Shown here: positions 51,488 through 64,000 of the stretch, piece after piece
How positions within the stretch are numbered: the first letter of the stretch is position 1
Layout of the letters: the number at the start of each line of letters is the position of its first letter
Assembly (NCBI RefSeq): GCF_006345805.1
Contig: NC_043002.1
Coordinates: 66,526,001 to 66,590,000, forward strand
Length of the DNA stretch: 64,000 bases
Reading direction: 5' to 3'
Origin: Octopus sinensis
Taxonomy: Eukaryota
Program-made: the position numbers and the translations under genes
The notes under the pieces: generated by a model
The model's input: the letters and a program-made list of their open reading frames with translations, nothing else
Database searches by the model: none
What the model was told of the DNA's origin: nothing

Positions 51488-53469
51488 TTAATAATAATTC
51501 AATTTATTCAAAATCGTTTTTTAATCAGGTAAGGAAACAGGCTGACCAAGTCATTCAGTATGATTGTTGTTGCATACAAAGCCGGCTAAAGGTGCCGAAA
51601 CTCAGACAGTGGCCACTAAAGGTACACATTAAAGAGCACCGCGTCGTGTATTTAAGGCGTTACAAATATAAAGGGACCAGGAAAATGTGAAAATAATAAA
51701 CAAATTGAAGTAGAAAACATAATGAAAAAATTCTTTGGGTAAAGTTAAACTTATTTTTAAAATGCCTTGTAAATAAGCGTGGAAATGGAAAATATGGCAG
51801 GGATGTAATTTGGGGTCACCCGGGTCGGGAATAAGAAATTTCAATTATAAGGTGTGGATTATAAGCTCTTACTTTCTACGATCTTCGGTTCCTGTAAACG
51901 AGGTCACCTCTTAAAAATTGAGGTTGCAATTTGAAAAGATTATCAATCTGTAAATTTGGTTTATGATGTCAAAGAAAAGGAAAATGTAATATCTTTGATC
52001 AGTAATCACGTGGTGAAATAAGTAAAAATGATAAGTCATGATCGGTAAACTCAAGCTATTAGCTGTGAGTTATGACACTACTGCGCTAAGAAACAGGATA
52101 TGGTAACTTTATCTGTTGGGGATCGTTCTTATTCCAATATTTGTTTTACTATTGTGGGTGCGGACAGTTAGATCACTTGTCAGAAGACAAAACCAGCATC
52201 GCTACAGGTTAGGCAGCATAACCTGTTTAAATGTAAGTAAATTATTTTATAGGTGTCACCTGTCTTATGACGGATAACTTTGCAGGTATACTTTTGCCAC
52301 AATAAGTAATATCAGGAAATATGGCCGCTATACTATAATAAGAAAAGCCCCTTATTAAATAGTTTGACTGTATAACATTTACTAGAAGAAATGAGCACCT
52401 GGATCATATTTGTTCGGTTGAAACTCTCTAGGGCGGTGTCCCAACATGGCAGCCATCCAATGACTGCAGCAAATAAACGATTAAAGATAAATACGTCATA
52501 ATCAAATTCTTTCATTTTGGGAAAATTAATTTGAAATCTATATGATTATACTCGTTTAAAATTTTGGCTCGAAGCCAGCAACTTCGGGGAATGGGTAAAG
52601 TCGAGTACTTATTTTAACGATCCCGAAAGGATGAAAGGCCAAGTCAACCTCGATTGAATTTGAACTCAGTACGTAAAGACGGACGAAATGTTGCTAAGCG
52701 TTTTGTCCAGCGGGCTAACAATTCTGCCAGCTCGTCGCCTTAATCTACGTGACTATTTCAAGTGCTAATTAAATGGTTTTGGCTTATTAACAAAGAATTA
52801 GTTGAAATTGGAAATAATTTGTTTATGCTATAGTTTAACAACAAAAATGATAGTTTTCACTTAAAGCATTCATAAACGTGCTCACGCTGTTTATAAAGCA
52901 GCTGGAAAGCAAACAAATTATTAGAATTTTTAATGGCTGCAACTTTTAATTGTTCAAAATAAATTAGTTGTTATTCAAATAAAAAAGTTTTCAGTTACAA
53001 AGCATACAAATTCATACTTCTACCTTGAGTTCATTATTCCATGTTTAATTAATTATATAAAAATGTGTCGATATTGTCAGTAATGTATATCCAGTCTCTC
53101 TCCCTTTGTCTCCCTCTCTCTCACACGCACACTGTCTCTCTTTCTCTCTCTCTCTCACTCACTCTTCGTCTATCTGTTTTTTTTTTCTTTTCCTTGGTTA
53201 TAATAATAGAAATATTTGAAGCTTTGATGCAGTGTTTGAATGTTCTGTTTATCTGACATATTGTAGTAAACATTTGTGCTCCTGTACATTTTGCTGTGTA
53301 TCTCGAGATGAATACAGCTATAAGCAATAGTTTATAGGCTATAAATTGTAACTGTTTTTGAGATACACCGTTAAATGACTTCTTTATATATTCCTCGATA
53401 CAACTATATATGTATTCTAAATAAAAACAAATATACTTTTTTACTTGTAATATTAACAACAATGACAAA

Positions 53470-54085
53470 GGCGGCGAGCTGGCAGAAACGTTAGCACGCC
53501 GGGCGAAATGCTTTGTGGTATTTAGTCCGCCGCTGCGTTCTGAGTTCAAATTCCGCCGAGGTCGACTTTGCCTTTCAACCTTTTGGGGTCGATAAATTAA
53601 GTACCAGTTATGCACTGGCGTCGACATAATCGACTTAATCCGTTTGTCTGTCCTTGTTTGTCCCCTCTGTGTAGCCCCTTGTGGGTAGTAAAGAAATATG
53701 TATTTCGTCTGCCGTTACGTTCTGAGTTCAAATTCCGCCGAGGTCGACTTTGCCTTTCATCCTTTCGGGGTCGATTAATTAAGTACCAGTTACTCACTGG
53801 CGTCGATGTAATCGACTTAATTCCTTTGTCTGTGCTTGCTTGTCCCCTCTATGTTTTGCCCCTTGTGGGCAATAAAGAAATAAGAAACGTTAGCGCGCTG
53901 GGTGAAAAGGCTTAGCGGTATTTCGTCTGTCTTCATGTTCTGAGTTCAAATTCCGTCGAGGTCGACTTTGCCTTTCATCCTTTCGGGATCGATAAATTAA
54001 GTACCAGTTGCGTACTGGCGTCAATTTGATCGACTGGCCTCCCTCTCCAAAAATGTCGGGCCTTGTGCCTAGAGTAGAAAAGAAT
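53470..54085 (+). mobile_element. Multimeric S1 SINE
   Basis: Head at 53470 with three B-box/body units. Confidence 0.8.
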
Positions 54086-54590
54086 ATTAGGGCATCTAAT
54101 TTGATGGAAGAAAAACGGAATGTTAATTTGGCACATCTTCTGATGTCATCTGTCATAGTCACGGACAACGTGTGATTCTAATACCGCTGATGACTTCCGC
54201 TTGTTTTTATTTCCATCCAAAATGGAGGTTTGACTAATATATTATAAACTGTTATCTCTAGCCGTATTCGCTCTGAGATACGTAGCTAAATAACTTATTA
54301 TTTTTCTATACGGGGAGTTGTCCCTATTCCTGAAAAAATTAAAACATTGTACATTTAATGGCACCGAAACTCAGCTTGCCTGGAACGTAAGCAACCCTGG
54401 GTTCGCACCAGATTACACAAAACTCATATAGGTAATGAATTTCTGAAACCCAATAGAAAATTTAAGAATAAGATTCAGCATCTTTTTCATCCTGTTTGTA
54501 ATTTAGCGTTTACCATAGGTATTGGCATTGGTCATTTTGAGAACAAGCAATCTAGCTTGTTTTGATTTGGTTGACTTGCAGATTTATTCC

Positions 54591-54967
54591 TAATACGTTC
54601 CGGTGTATTTGAACTCGAATAAGCTAATCGCTGCTGTGCTTTGTCACAAGAGAACAACTCCTTTCTCCATTTTGATACTCACCGTTCACCGTACATGTGA
54701 CGATTTATCATCGGTTAGCAGATATCAGCATGCATCACGAACCTATTTGCTTGCTGAGCTTCGTACCCTTGTTATATTCATTGATCTGGGGTGCCTTTGG
54801 CTTGTGAGACACAGAGATGTCGAAACACCGGTTGTCTTAGAATCCCTTGCACTAAATGAATCGAGTATGTTATGATAACACATTCATTCTGAAGAAGACG
54901 TTGTTCTCTTGTGAGGGAACATAACAGCGATTAGCATATCCACGTTCGAATCTGCCGGAATGTATTA
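54591..54967. mobile_element. Old MITE with ~75-bp diverged TIRs
   Basis: 54591-54666 approximates the reverse complement of 54893-54967. Confidence 0.7.
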
Positions 54968-55236
54968 AGAATAATTAAATCATCGTTTTGATTCTCGCGG
55001 TTCACCGTGCATTTGAATGATCTGTTTTAATGATGCAGCAATTAGCAATTAACAAATACAAACAGTTTTCGAATTTGTTTTTATTTTCGTTCTCCCAGGT
55101 GATTACCGATAAACTTACTTACAAAACAATTCTCATTATGCGCTTGTTTTTCTAAGGTGCCATCGTCAGCTAAATATTACCTGTTCGCTGCAGAGAACAT
55201 TGCTTGGCTTTCCATTTCAGGTCAGTAAAACAAAAC

Positions 55237-55283
<47 letters not shown>

Positions 55284-55683
55284 CAAGTCAACCGGTATTT
55301 TTATAACGATATCACTTTCGCAAGCTGTTAACAGATGTTTTTATTGTAAAAACATAGATGCTTATCTGTATTATTACATAATATTATCTTGGAAATCTTT
55401 GATATTGCACACAGATACGCAGATACACATACATACGCATTCATAGATTCACGCACGCACAAACATATATGAGCGACCCCCCCATATATATATATGCATA
55501 TATATAGGCCTGTTTGTGATAAATTTGACGATTTTTCTTTGCTTTTTTTCAAGAACTGCTTGATGTATTGGTGAACGGTCAACGGCGTTGGAGAGCATAA
55601 AGATTAAAGTTGTTGTTAAGAAGAAGTTAGATGATATAGAGGACTGAAAGTCATCTGAATATTGGAAAAGCGATGCCTGTTTC

Positions 55684-56374
55684 ATGATGATTCGCGCCAG
55701 GTATCAAAATGCCGACATCACGACTGCTGCTCAGTGCTCTATGAACTCCGTAAAGGCTGTAAAACATAGCAAGTACTGCTGCAACGGAGACTACGTAGCC
55801 ATGGCCAGCAGGGAGGGACAAAGCAGGTGTTCTGACTGAGTCCGCGCGCCCGATATACATCCAACAACTGCAGGACATGGGGATCAAAGATCCGAGCAAA
55901 GGAATCCGGACTTTGGACATGGGTGCTGCAGTTACCACCATGAAGCTAGCCCTGAATGAGGATTTTTGCAACCACTCATACAAGAGGCGCAAGAAATAAA
56001 TTCTGACAGCCAAAGTCAAGGAGAACCACTTGACGAAGGTAAAGCAACACCTGAATAAAATGAGGCATCCTGTTAAACCAGAGGTGATCTGGTTATTCTC
56101 AGACGAAAAGAACTTCTGCAGGACCAGCTGCACAACAATACCCAGAACAATAGATAGCTTGTCTACAATCCATGTGATGCTCCACGTATCATGAAAATTC
56201 CTCCTAAATGTAATGGTTTTCGGGTGTACTTCAGTGAGGGTGACAACATGTTGCCGTACACTCTTCAACACGGTCTTAGGCTGAATTCAGATGGCATGTG
56301 AAGTTGCTGGAGATGGGGTGAAACCTTGGCTGGAAAGAGTTGCTGCTGGAAGACCCTACGAGTGGCAACAGGAT
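55684..56374 (+). mobile_element. Decayed Tc1/mariner-superfamily transposase (maT/rosa-like), 3'-truncated
   Basis: WLFSDEKNF; VMVFG..SEG; GLRLNSDG; VKPWLERVAAGRPYEWQQD (first two catalytic D motifs); frameshifted. Confidence 0.75.
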
Positions 56375-56528
56375 TTACTATTTTTTAAAGTCCAATACTT
56401 ATTCTATCGGATCCTTTTGCCGCACTGCTAAGTTACGTGTACGTAAACATATCAATACCAGTTGTTAAGCTGTGGTGGGGGACAAACACGGACACAAACA
56501 CACACACACACACACATATGTATATATG

Positions 56529-56656
<128 letters not shown>

Positions 56657-56893
56657 ATTCTTGGGTTCTTTTAATTGTTTCAGTCATTTGATTGCGGCCA
56701 TGATGGAGCACTGCCTTAAAGGGTTTTAGTCGAAGAAATGAAACGTAACACTTATTCTTCGTAAGCTTAGTACTTATTCTACCGGTCTCTTTTGCCGAAC
56801 CATTAAATTACGTGGACATAAACACACCAGCATCCGTTATGAAGTGATGGCGGGGGTGGGGACAAACAAAGACACACACACACACACACACAA

Positions 56894-56966
<73 letters not shown>

Positions 56967-57307
56967 CTATACGTGGGTCATTTCTTCTTCTTTGGAATTA
57001 TTCCTTTCTCCTTTCCGACAAAGAGCTATGCTCGAAAAATTAAACTCGCTCCTTTCACCGAGTGTCATGTTAATACATTTCTTTTGCACGTCTTCACGTT
57101 TGTTGTTTGTTTTTTTTACACGATGGGCTTCTTTCAGTTTCCATCTACCAAATCCACTCACAAGGCTTTGGTTGGGCCGAGGTTATAGTGGAAGACACTT
57201 ACCCAAGGTGCCACGAAGAGGGACTGAACCTGGAACCATGTGGTTAAGAAACAAGGAAGCAAGTTTCTTACCATACACCCACACCTATATATATAATTCA
57301 TTGTTCG

Positions 57308-57929
57308 GAGAACAAACACCAAATTCGAGTCAACGACTTTATATATAACACGGAATAAATGCGAATAAAAATACAGATATATAGAAGGGCCTATCAAGAA
57401 GGTATATACAATCGATTAGGAATTCTAAAGCGTGTCATGAGACTAAAAAATCTAAATAAAATAAAATATAAGTCGACTAAAAAAAAATCTCTATTTGTTG
57501 AGTGTCCTATTCATCCTGATGAGGGGGTCATTGCCGAGATACACTTCAACTCGTAATCGAACCGCGGCAATGAACTCCCGAAATGACCATAGGTGTATTT
57601 GATTTGATTTTATGGAACTCTTTTTGCTCCTGGACTCCAACTTGCCATGGTTTTTATGAAATAAACCTTGAGAGGAGTAAGAAAAAAAATGTTTTAATCG
57701 ATTGATATTTTATTTTATTTGGAAGTTTTAGTCAATTGTATATACCTTCTTGATAGGTCTTTCTATATATCTGTATTTTTATTCGCATATATATATATTT
57801 TACCTTCTGTGTTTTTTTATATATGTATACTTTATGTTTAAGAGTCATGGTAATATTTATATATAATCAAATGTTTCGAGGTGTGGTGTTATATATAGAG
57901 TCGTTGACTCGAATTTAATGTTTGTTCTC
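57308..57929 (+). mobile_element. Family C fold-back element with a central hammerhead
   Basis: 57308-57351 is inverted at 57886-57929. About 57361-57485 is inverted in pieces at about 57690-57790. Confidence 0.72.
57509..57598 (+). ncRNA. Type-I hammerhead ribozyme motif with a long stem II
   Basis: CTGATGA at 57516-57522; 14-bp stem II with one bulge; GAAA at 57580-57583; stem III ATGACCAT; AUA cleavage after 57591; stem I CATC/GGTG. Confidence 0.75.
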
Positions 57930-58079
57930 TGGTCAACGTTTTTTTAAAATCTCTGTCTCAATTACATTTATAAACCCTTTTGTCCCCATAAAAAAAGACA
58001 AAAATTAGTCTTGTCGTATATGTATACATACATACATACATATACATACATACATATATATATATATTATATATATATA

Positions 58080-58137
<58 letters not shown>

Positions 58138-58727
58138 TAGACAAGAAAAGAAAGAGATGGATGAAAAGACATACATCGATCACTAGATAGATAAATAGAT
58201 GGGTGGATAGATGAAGAAGAGGGAAGTAAAGGAGAGAATTACTTTAGTTCTTAAATGCAGTTTATCATCAACATAATTCGACAAGTTACTTGAATCTAAA
58301 ATACGTAGAAATCTCATTACTAGAAAAACAGCGAGAGCATTGAAGTTTATTTCCCGAAGCAGCTCTTGAAGTTTTGTAGGAAGATGACCGCGATGAAGAG
58401 ACAAGAATTTTGCTGGTGAAAACTTTAAGATATGCAGGCTTCTTTCAGTTTTCGTCTGCCAAATCCACCCACTAGACTTTGGTCGGTTGGAGGCTATAGA
58501 AGAAGACACTTGCTCGAGGTGCCACACAGCGGGGCTAAACCCGGAACCATGTGGTTGGTAAGCAAGCTACTTTCTTTCAAAAAATCTTGCCATAAAGGCA
58601 TGATACAGAGTAGCTTGCGGGCTGGACAGAAACACTGATGAGATGAATGATGAAATAAAATTATATTAATGGGAGAAGACCAAAAAACGCCCGCCGATTC
58701 TTTGCTTCTCTAAAACATTCTTTTTTT

Positions 58728-58955
58728 ACAGAAAAAACAAACCGAGGTATTGAACCTCTTACTTCCGTTTTACAATTATTGGACTTAATAGACTATTTAC
58801 AAATTGAAACATTATTTTTAACACAAAAAACAGACCGAAGTACTGAACCTCTTACTTTCGTTTTTACAATTATTGGACTTAATAGTCCATTTACAAATTA
58901 AAGCATTATTTTTTACACAAAACACAAAACGATGTATTGAACTTCTTACTCCTGC
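58728..58955 (+). repeat. About 2.4 copies of a 93-94-bp tandem unit
   Basis: Unit starts at 58728, 58821 and 58915. Confidence 0.85.
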
Positions 58956-58976
58956 GCCTATAAAAGGCACTGGCCA

Positions 58977-59052
58977 TCCCGGTGGGGGGGGGAATCGAAC
59001 TCTGGTCTCCTGCGTGACAGACGGGGATACTTATCATTATACTACCGAATGA
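58977..59052 (-). pseudogene. tRNA-Asp(GTC) pseudogene
   Basis: GGTAGTATAATGATAAGTATCCCCGTCTGTCACGCAGGAGACCAGAGTTCGATTCC matches eukaryotic tRNA-Asp. The acceptor and T stems are disrupted; TTTT follows about 13 nt downstream. Confidence 0.75.
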
Positions 59053-60099
59053 TTACAATTTTTCGTTCTATTTTATTCCAGCTTGAAGAAATCGTTTAAA
59101 ACGACCGAAACATGTTCATGTTTACATTCTGCTTTCCATGATAAACTTCTTCAAGTATTTTAGCCAACGTATTTTTTCAATATATATTTATTTGCGTGTG
59201 GACTGAACCCGGAACCGTGTGGTTGGGGAGCGAACTTCTTACATCACAAGATATGATAAGCTTAAACAGGAAAGAAAACTGTTAAAGATTATTCTTTAAA
59301 AATCAGAAACGCGAGCACAAGTATTAACTGATTTGATGCGTGCAAAAGGGGAAGAAATTCACTTGTTAGGCTGTGAGAAATAGTAAACCAACTATGGAGA
59401 CATTCTTCACATATTTTCGACGAGTCCAGCGATCAAACTAGCAAGAAAAACATGTCAATATGAGAGATTTTAGCTCACATAATGTCACAACCATAACATG
59501 ACAACAAAGTTACTTGTTTCTGTTGATATAAACAAAAACTGCTATGGCGTATTTGGACGTCATTGGCTTCGCTGTGCAAGGCTGGCTGTATGACCCGTGC
59601 GTTTGTAAATATGTGTAGGAGTGTGTGTGTATGTATTTGTGGCGAAGTACGTGTGTATAGGAGTATGGGTTTATGAAAGTATATGTATATATGTAACTGT
59701 GTGTGTGTGCGTGTGCGTTTATACATATACATATATACAGACAGACACATATTTGCACATATATATGTTCACACACAAGCACAAAGACACACACACACAC
59801 ACACACACACATACATGCGTATACATGTTTACTGGAATGTCACCTCGAAACTAAAATACCTACATGACTGTTTGTGATTATCTGTTGGCATGTATAAATT
59901 GCATGAATCTATTCAGAAGTGCGATTAAGTGTGTGCGTGTGTGTATGTGTGCGTGTGTGCCTGTGTGCATGTATGATTGTGTGTGTGTGTGTGTGCGTGC
60001 GCGTGTGTATCTATCTAGCTAACTAGCTATACACACACATATACACATACACACACGAATATATATATGTATGTATGTAATACATAAATATATATATAT

Positions 60100-60133
<34 letters not shown>

Positions 60134-60794
60134 TAGTATTTATGTGGTAACATCGTAGTTTCGTCTTGGTATATGTTTGGCTGAAGAAGGTAAAGCAAAT
60201 ATGGGTGAGAGACATATCTTGCAAAACCTGAAACCTGCAGGTACCACATTATCCATTTTCCGGGTGTTTCATCTTTCAGATGTTCTCCCTGGAGGTAAGA
60301 CGGTTTTTTTTCTCTATTTTGTTGCACACACGCATTTTTACTAATACATACGCGGTGAAGCTACACTTAGCGTCGTATTTTTACGTTCGCTATTTCCAGT
60401 AAATATCGGTACTTGTTGTGCCATTTATTACTAATTTATATATATATTATATATCTATATATATATAATATATATATATAATATATACACATACAACAGG
60501 CTTCTTCCAGTTTTCGTCTACCAAATCCACTCACAAGGCTTTGGTCGGCCCGAGGCTATAGTAGAAGACACTTACCCGAGGTGGGATTGAACCCGGAACC
60601 ATGTGGTTGAGAAGCAAGCTTCTTACCACACACACACTCACACATATCGCTAACCCCTCGTTTGTTAAATAAAAATGCTGTCTTGTATTTATATATAAAC
60701 GAACATTTCTGCATACAAACATGCATAAATACATACATACATACATACGCACACACACACACACACGCACACACACACACACACATACACTTGT

Positions 60795-60841
<47 letters not shown>

Positions 60842-61235
60842 TGCGTGCGTGCGCGTGTGTGCATGTGTGTATGTACACTTACGTTTGCGAACTCGCGTAG
60901 CTGGAAGTGGTTGATAGGCGGATATGTCAGTGTGTGAAATTTCTATGGCCGTGTCTTTGACTGAGCGATGATGCGCAGGAAAGCGCCGGCTTGTACGTGA
61001 GATTACGGTTGGGTGTGCACAGAATGTATTAGCGCGTGGATATCATGTACACTGTTTGAATACGTGATTATAAACGAGATTATTTTATGCTGCGTGGGAG
61101 AGAAACTTCAAATATATAACATGTCAGTGTTACACCCACGACTCATTCTACGTTTATCTTATATTAATATATCTACGTCAGTAGGCGTATATGCGTTGTG
61201 TGTATGTGCGTATATATATTCTTTTATTCATTCAT

Positions 61236-61620
61236 TTGTTTCAGTCATTTGACTGCGGCCATGTTGGAGCACCGCCTTTAGTCGAACAAATCGACCCCAG
61301 GACTTATTCTTTGTAAGCCTAGTACTTATTCTATCAGTATCTCTTGCCGAACCGCTAAGTTGCGGGGACGTCAATACACAAACATCGATTGTCTAGCGAT
61401 AGTGGAGGGATAGACAGACACACAAACACAGACACACATACACACACATTTATATACGACAAGCTTCTTTCAGTTTCCGTCTACCAAATTCACTCACAAG
61501 GCTTTGGTCGTTTGGAGGCTATAGTAGAAGACACTTGCCCAATGTGCCACGCAATGGGACTTAACCCGGAACCATGTGGTTCGTAAGCAAGCTACTTACC
61601 ACACAGCCACTCCTGCGCCT
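61236..61620 (-). mobile_element. Full S2 SINE (other copies at about 26700, 57120, 58430, 60495 and 63495-63807)
   Basis: Head, CORE-like box and tail in the expected order. Confidence 0.85.
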
Positions 61621-61635
61621 ATATATAATACATGC

Positions 61636-61705
<70 letters not shown>

Positions 61706-62018
61706 GAATGTATGTATACGCATATGTCAATATGTGTGTGTGTGCGCATGAGTGCGTGTGCAATAGTATGCATAAACGTAGGTGACACAGCGTGGTAAGG
61801 AGTTTGTTTCCCAGCCACTTAGTTCTGGATTCAGTCCCATTGCATGACACCATGAGTAAGTGCCTCTGATCAACAAAAGCCTGGCAACTCGATGTGGTAG
61901 CAGAAATTGAAAGAACCTAGTCGTGTATATATATATGTATATATATATATTGATAGTAATAGTAAGACAACAAAAGAATGAAAGAGACCTCAGTATTATG
62001 TAAATAGAGGAATTTATC

Positions 62019-62238
62019 TGTAATATAATATGTGACAATTATTCGGTCGCCGTAATAAGACCCCGAGTTTCTGATGTCGGGGCGGAAAACTGCTCCGGCA
62101 TCTCTTCAGTTATCGAGGCAATCAAGTTATTTTGATTGCCTCGTTAACTGAAGAGATGCCGGATCAGTTTTTCTCCCCGACATCCGAAACTCGGAGTCTT
62201 ATTATGGCAACCGAATAATTGTCACATATTATATTACA
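62019..62238. mobile_element. Family D 220-bp palindrome with hammerhead motifs on both strands
   Basis: 107-bp arms (about 8 mismatches) with a 6-nt loop. On the + strand: CTGAAGA at 62148-62154, GAAA at 62186-62189, GUC at 62196-62198. Confidence 0.75.
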
Positions 62239-62276
<38 letters not shown>

Positions 62277-62618
62277 CATGTGTGTGTGTGTATATTTACA
62301 TAAATGTATGTATGTATATGTCTGTGTGCGTGTGTCTTTGTGTGAGAGGGTGTTCGTGCACGCGCGTGTGTGTGCGTGTGTAAACATATAAACACACATG
62401 CAACTATACACGCACAATGGTAGAAAGGGACAGAGTATGAATAAAAATAGAGAGTGAGAGATACAGATAGACAGAGATATTTCTATATGATATAGAAAAA
62501 TTTATGCTCATACCCTCATGTATAGACTGGAATGCTAGGAGATATATACATGTTTTTCATTATTCATATATATATATGAATATATATATACGTACATACA
62601 TACATATTTGTATAGATA

Positions 62619-62792
62619 GCAAATAAGTAACAAGGATGCATTACGGCCGTTTCAAGCGGCTCCATTTAATTGATCAATGCAATCATTGCGTCTGAGGAGA
62701 GAAGTTTATTTCAAATTGATGTAATGATTGCATTGATCCGCCTGAAACGGCCGAAATTCACATATGCCTGGACATCCTTGTTACTTGATTGC
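62619..62792. mobile_element. ~174-bp MITE-like nested inverted repeat
   Basis: TIR core AAGTAACAAGGATG; inner IRs GGCCGTTTCAAGCGG/CCGCCTGAAACGGCC and GATCAATGCAATCATT/AATGATTGCATTGATC. Confidence 0.75.
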
Positions 62793-62887
62793 TTTTTATT
62801 CACCTAACTTCGAGCTGTGCGGACAAAACTAGACAGACTTGATGCCTCAACTTATGTACTTAATTTAACTGAATCTTGATTATTTCT

Positions 62888-63000
<113 letters not shown>

Positions 63001-63818
63001 CAGAATGGAACAAGAACGCAAAACATCCAGGCAAGTAATACAAAAAACGGAAAACAAAACATCCAGACAGATGATACAAAGAAAGTAAGGACGGGTCATT
63101 CAGAGTTTTCTTTCCTCAGTCGTGTTCCAGATTGTATTTGCAATTTCGGCTGGTTATACTCGAGATTGCTCCAATCTGGCCAGCCCTAAGGAAAAACTAA
63201 GCTAAGCGCATTAGATTCCTTGGAAGAAAGCAGCGAATGTATACGACAACAAGGATGGAAAAAAACGGAGAATGTTATACAAATACAAATAACAGGACAT
63301 AACAACAGGTGTCTTTCGACTAAGGACAAATTAAATTAAGCTGGCATGTGTGGAAGTAAAGACTTTCGGCAGGGATACAAGATTTCAGATGCACAGGGAG
63401 GAATATAGATGTTGCACGGACGGTAGTCGAACCAAGAAAGAAAGGTCAGGCTTGGCCGAACACCGGTTACATGGGGAGAGAAGAGAGAAAGGTAGGACTT
63501 ATTCTTTGGAAGCCAAGTACTTATTCTATCGGTCTCTTTTGCCGAACCGCTAAGTTACGGGGACGTAAACACACCACCATCTGTTTTCAGGCATTGTTAG
63601 GCGACAAACATGGACACACAAACATATACACACATATACAAATATATATACATATATACGACGTACTTCTTTCAGTTTCTGTCTACCAAATCCACTCACA
63701 AGGCTTTGGTCGACCCGAGGCTATAGTAGAAGACACTTGCCCAAAGTGCTACGCAGTGGGATTGAACTCAGAACCATGTGGTTCGTAAGCAAGCCACTCC
63801 TGCGCCTATGTATATATA

Positions 63819-63866
<48 letters not shown>

Positions 63867-64000
63867 ACATGTATGTGTATGTATGTATGTATGTATGTAT
63901 GTATGTATGTATGCATGCATGTATGAGTTTGTATGTATGTATGTATGTATGTACGTATGTATGTGAGAGTTCGTGCATGAATGCGTACACAAATACACAC

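Noticed and set aside
57015-57045. CCGACAA-AGAGC-TAT-GCTC-GAAA, family E-like
   Set aside because: Two core mismatches and poor stems I and III.
58616-58650. CTGATGA..GAAA
   Set aside because: Stem II and stem I do not pair; chance match.
58728-58955. CRISPR-like repeat-spacer array (also considered at 49802)
   Set aside because: These are plain tandem or direct duplications without unique spacers, in eukaryotic DNA with no cas genes.
63125-63195. GGCTGG..CCAGCC-GAAA-TTGCAA-ATA on the minus strand
   Set aside because: Stems II and III are suggestive, but the core reads CTTAGGG and stem I is missing.

Overview
AT-rich, microsatellite-dense eukaryotic DNA. The SINE families and repeat landscape point to an octopus or other cephalopod; this is inferred, not searched. 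I found no intact protein-coding gene, and almost all ORFs in the track are repeat artefacts. After a 945-bp contig and a 100-N gap there is a 5.8-kb telomere-type array (1046-6862) of alternating blocks of CCCTAA and CCCTAG. It joins directly to the first ~21 bp of a SINE, which resembles a telomerase-healing junction. The rest is a mosaic of tRNA-derived SINEs (some multimeric), decayed Tc1/mariner elements and MITEs, a hAT MITE with an 8-bp TSD, non-autonomous Helitrons, R4/Dong-like LINE fragments and a tRNA-Asp pseudogene. The most notable unannotated signal is a set of at least five apparently unrelated short non-coding elements carrying minimal type-I hammerhead ribozyme motifs with self-complementary stem III. 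They lie at about 7.0, 8.6/9.8/19.9, 21.6, 37.6, 57.5 and 62.1 kb. Several sit in fold-back palindromes and most abut (TA)n-type microsatellites, as expected for Penelope-mobilised, retrozyme-like elements. All folds and alignments were done by eye; ribozyme activity is untested.
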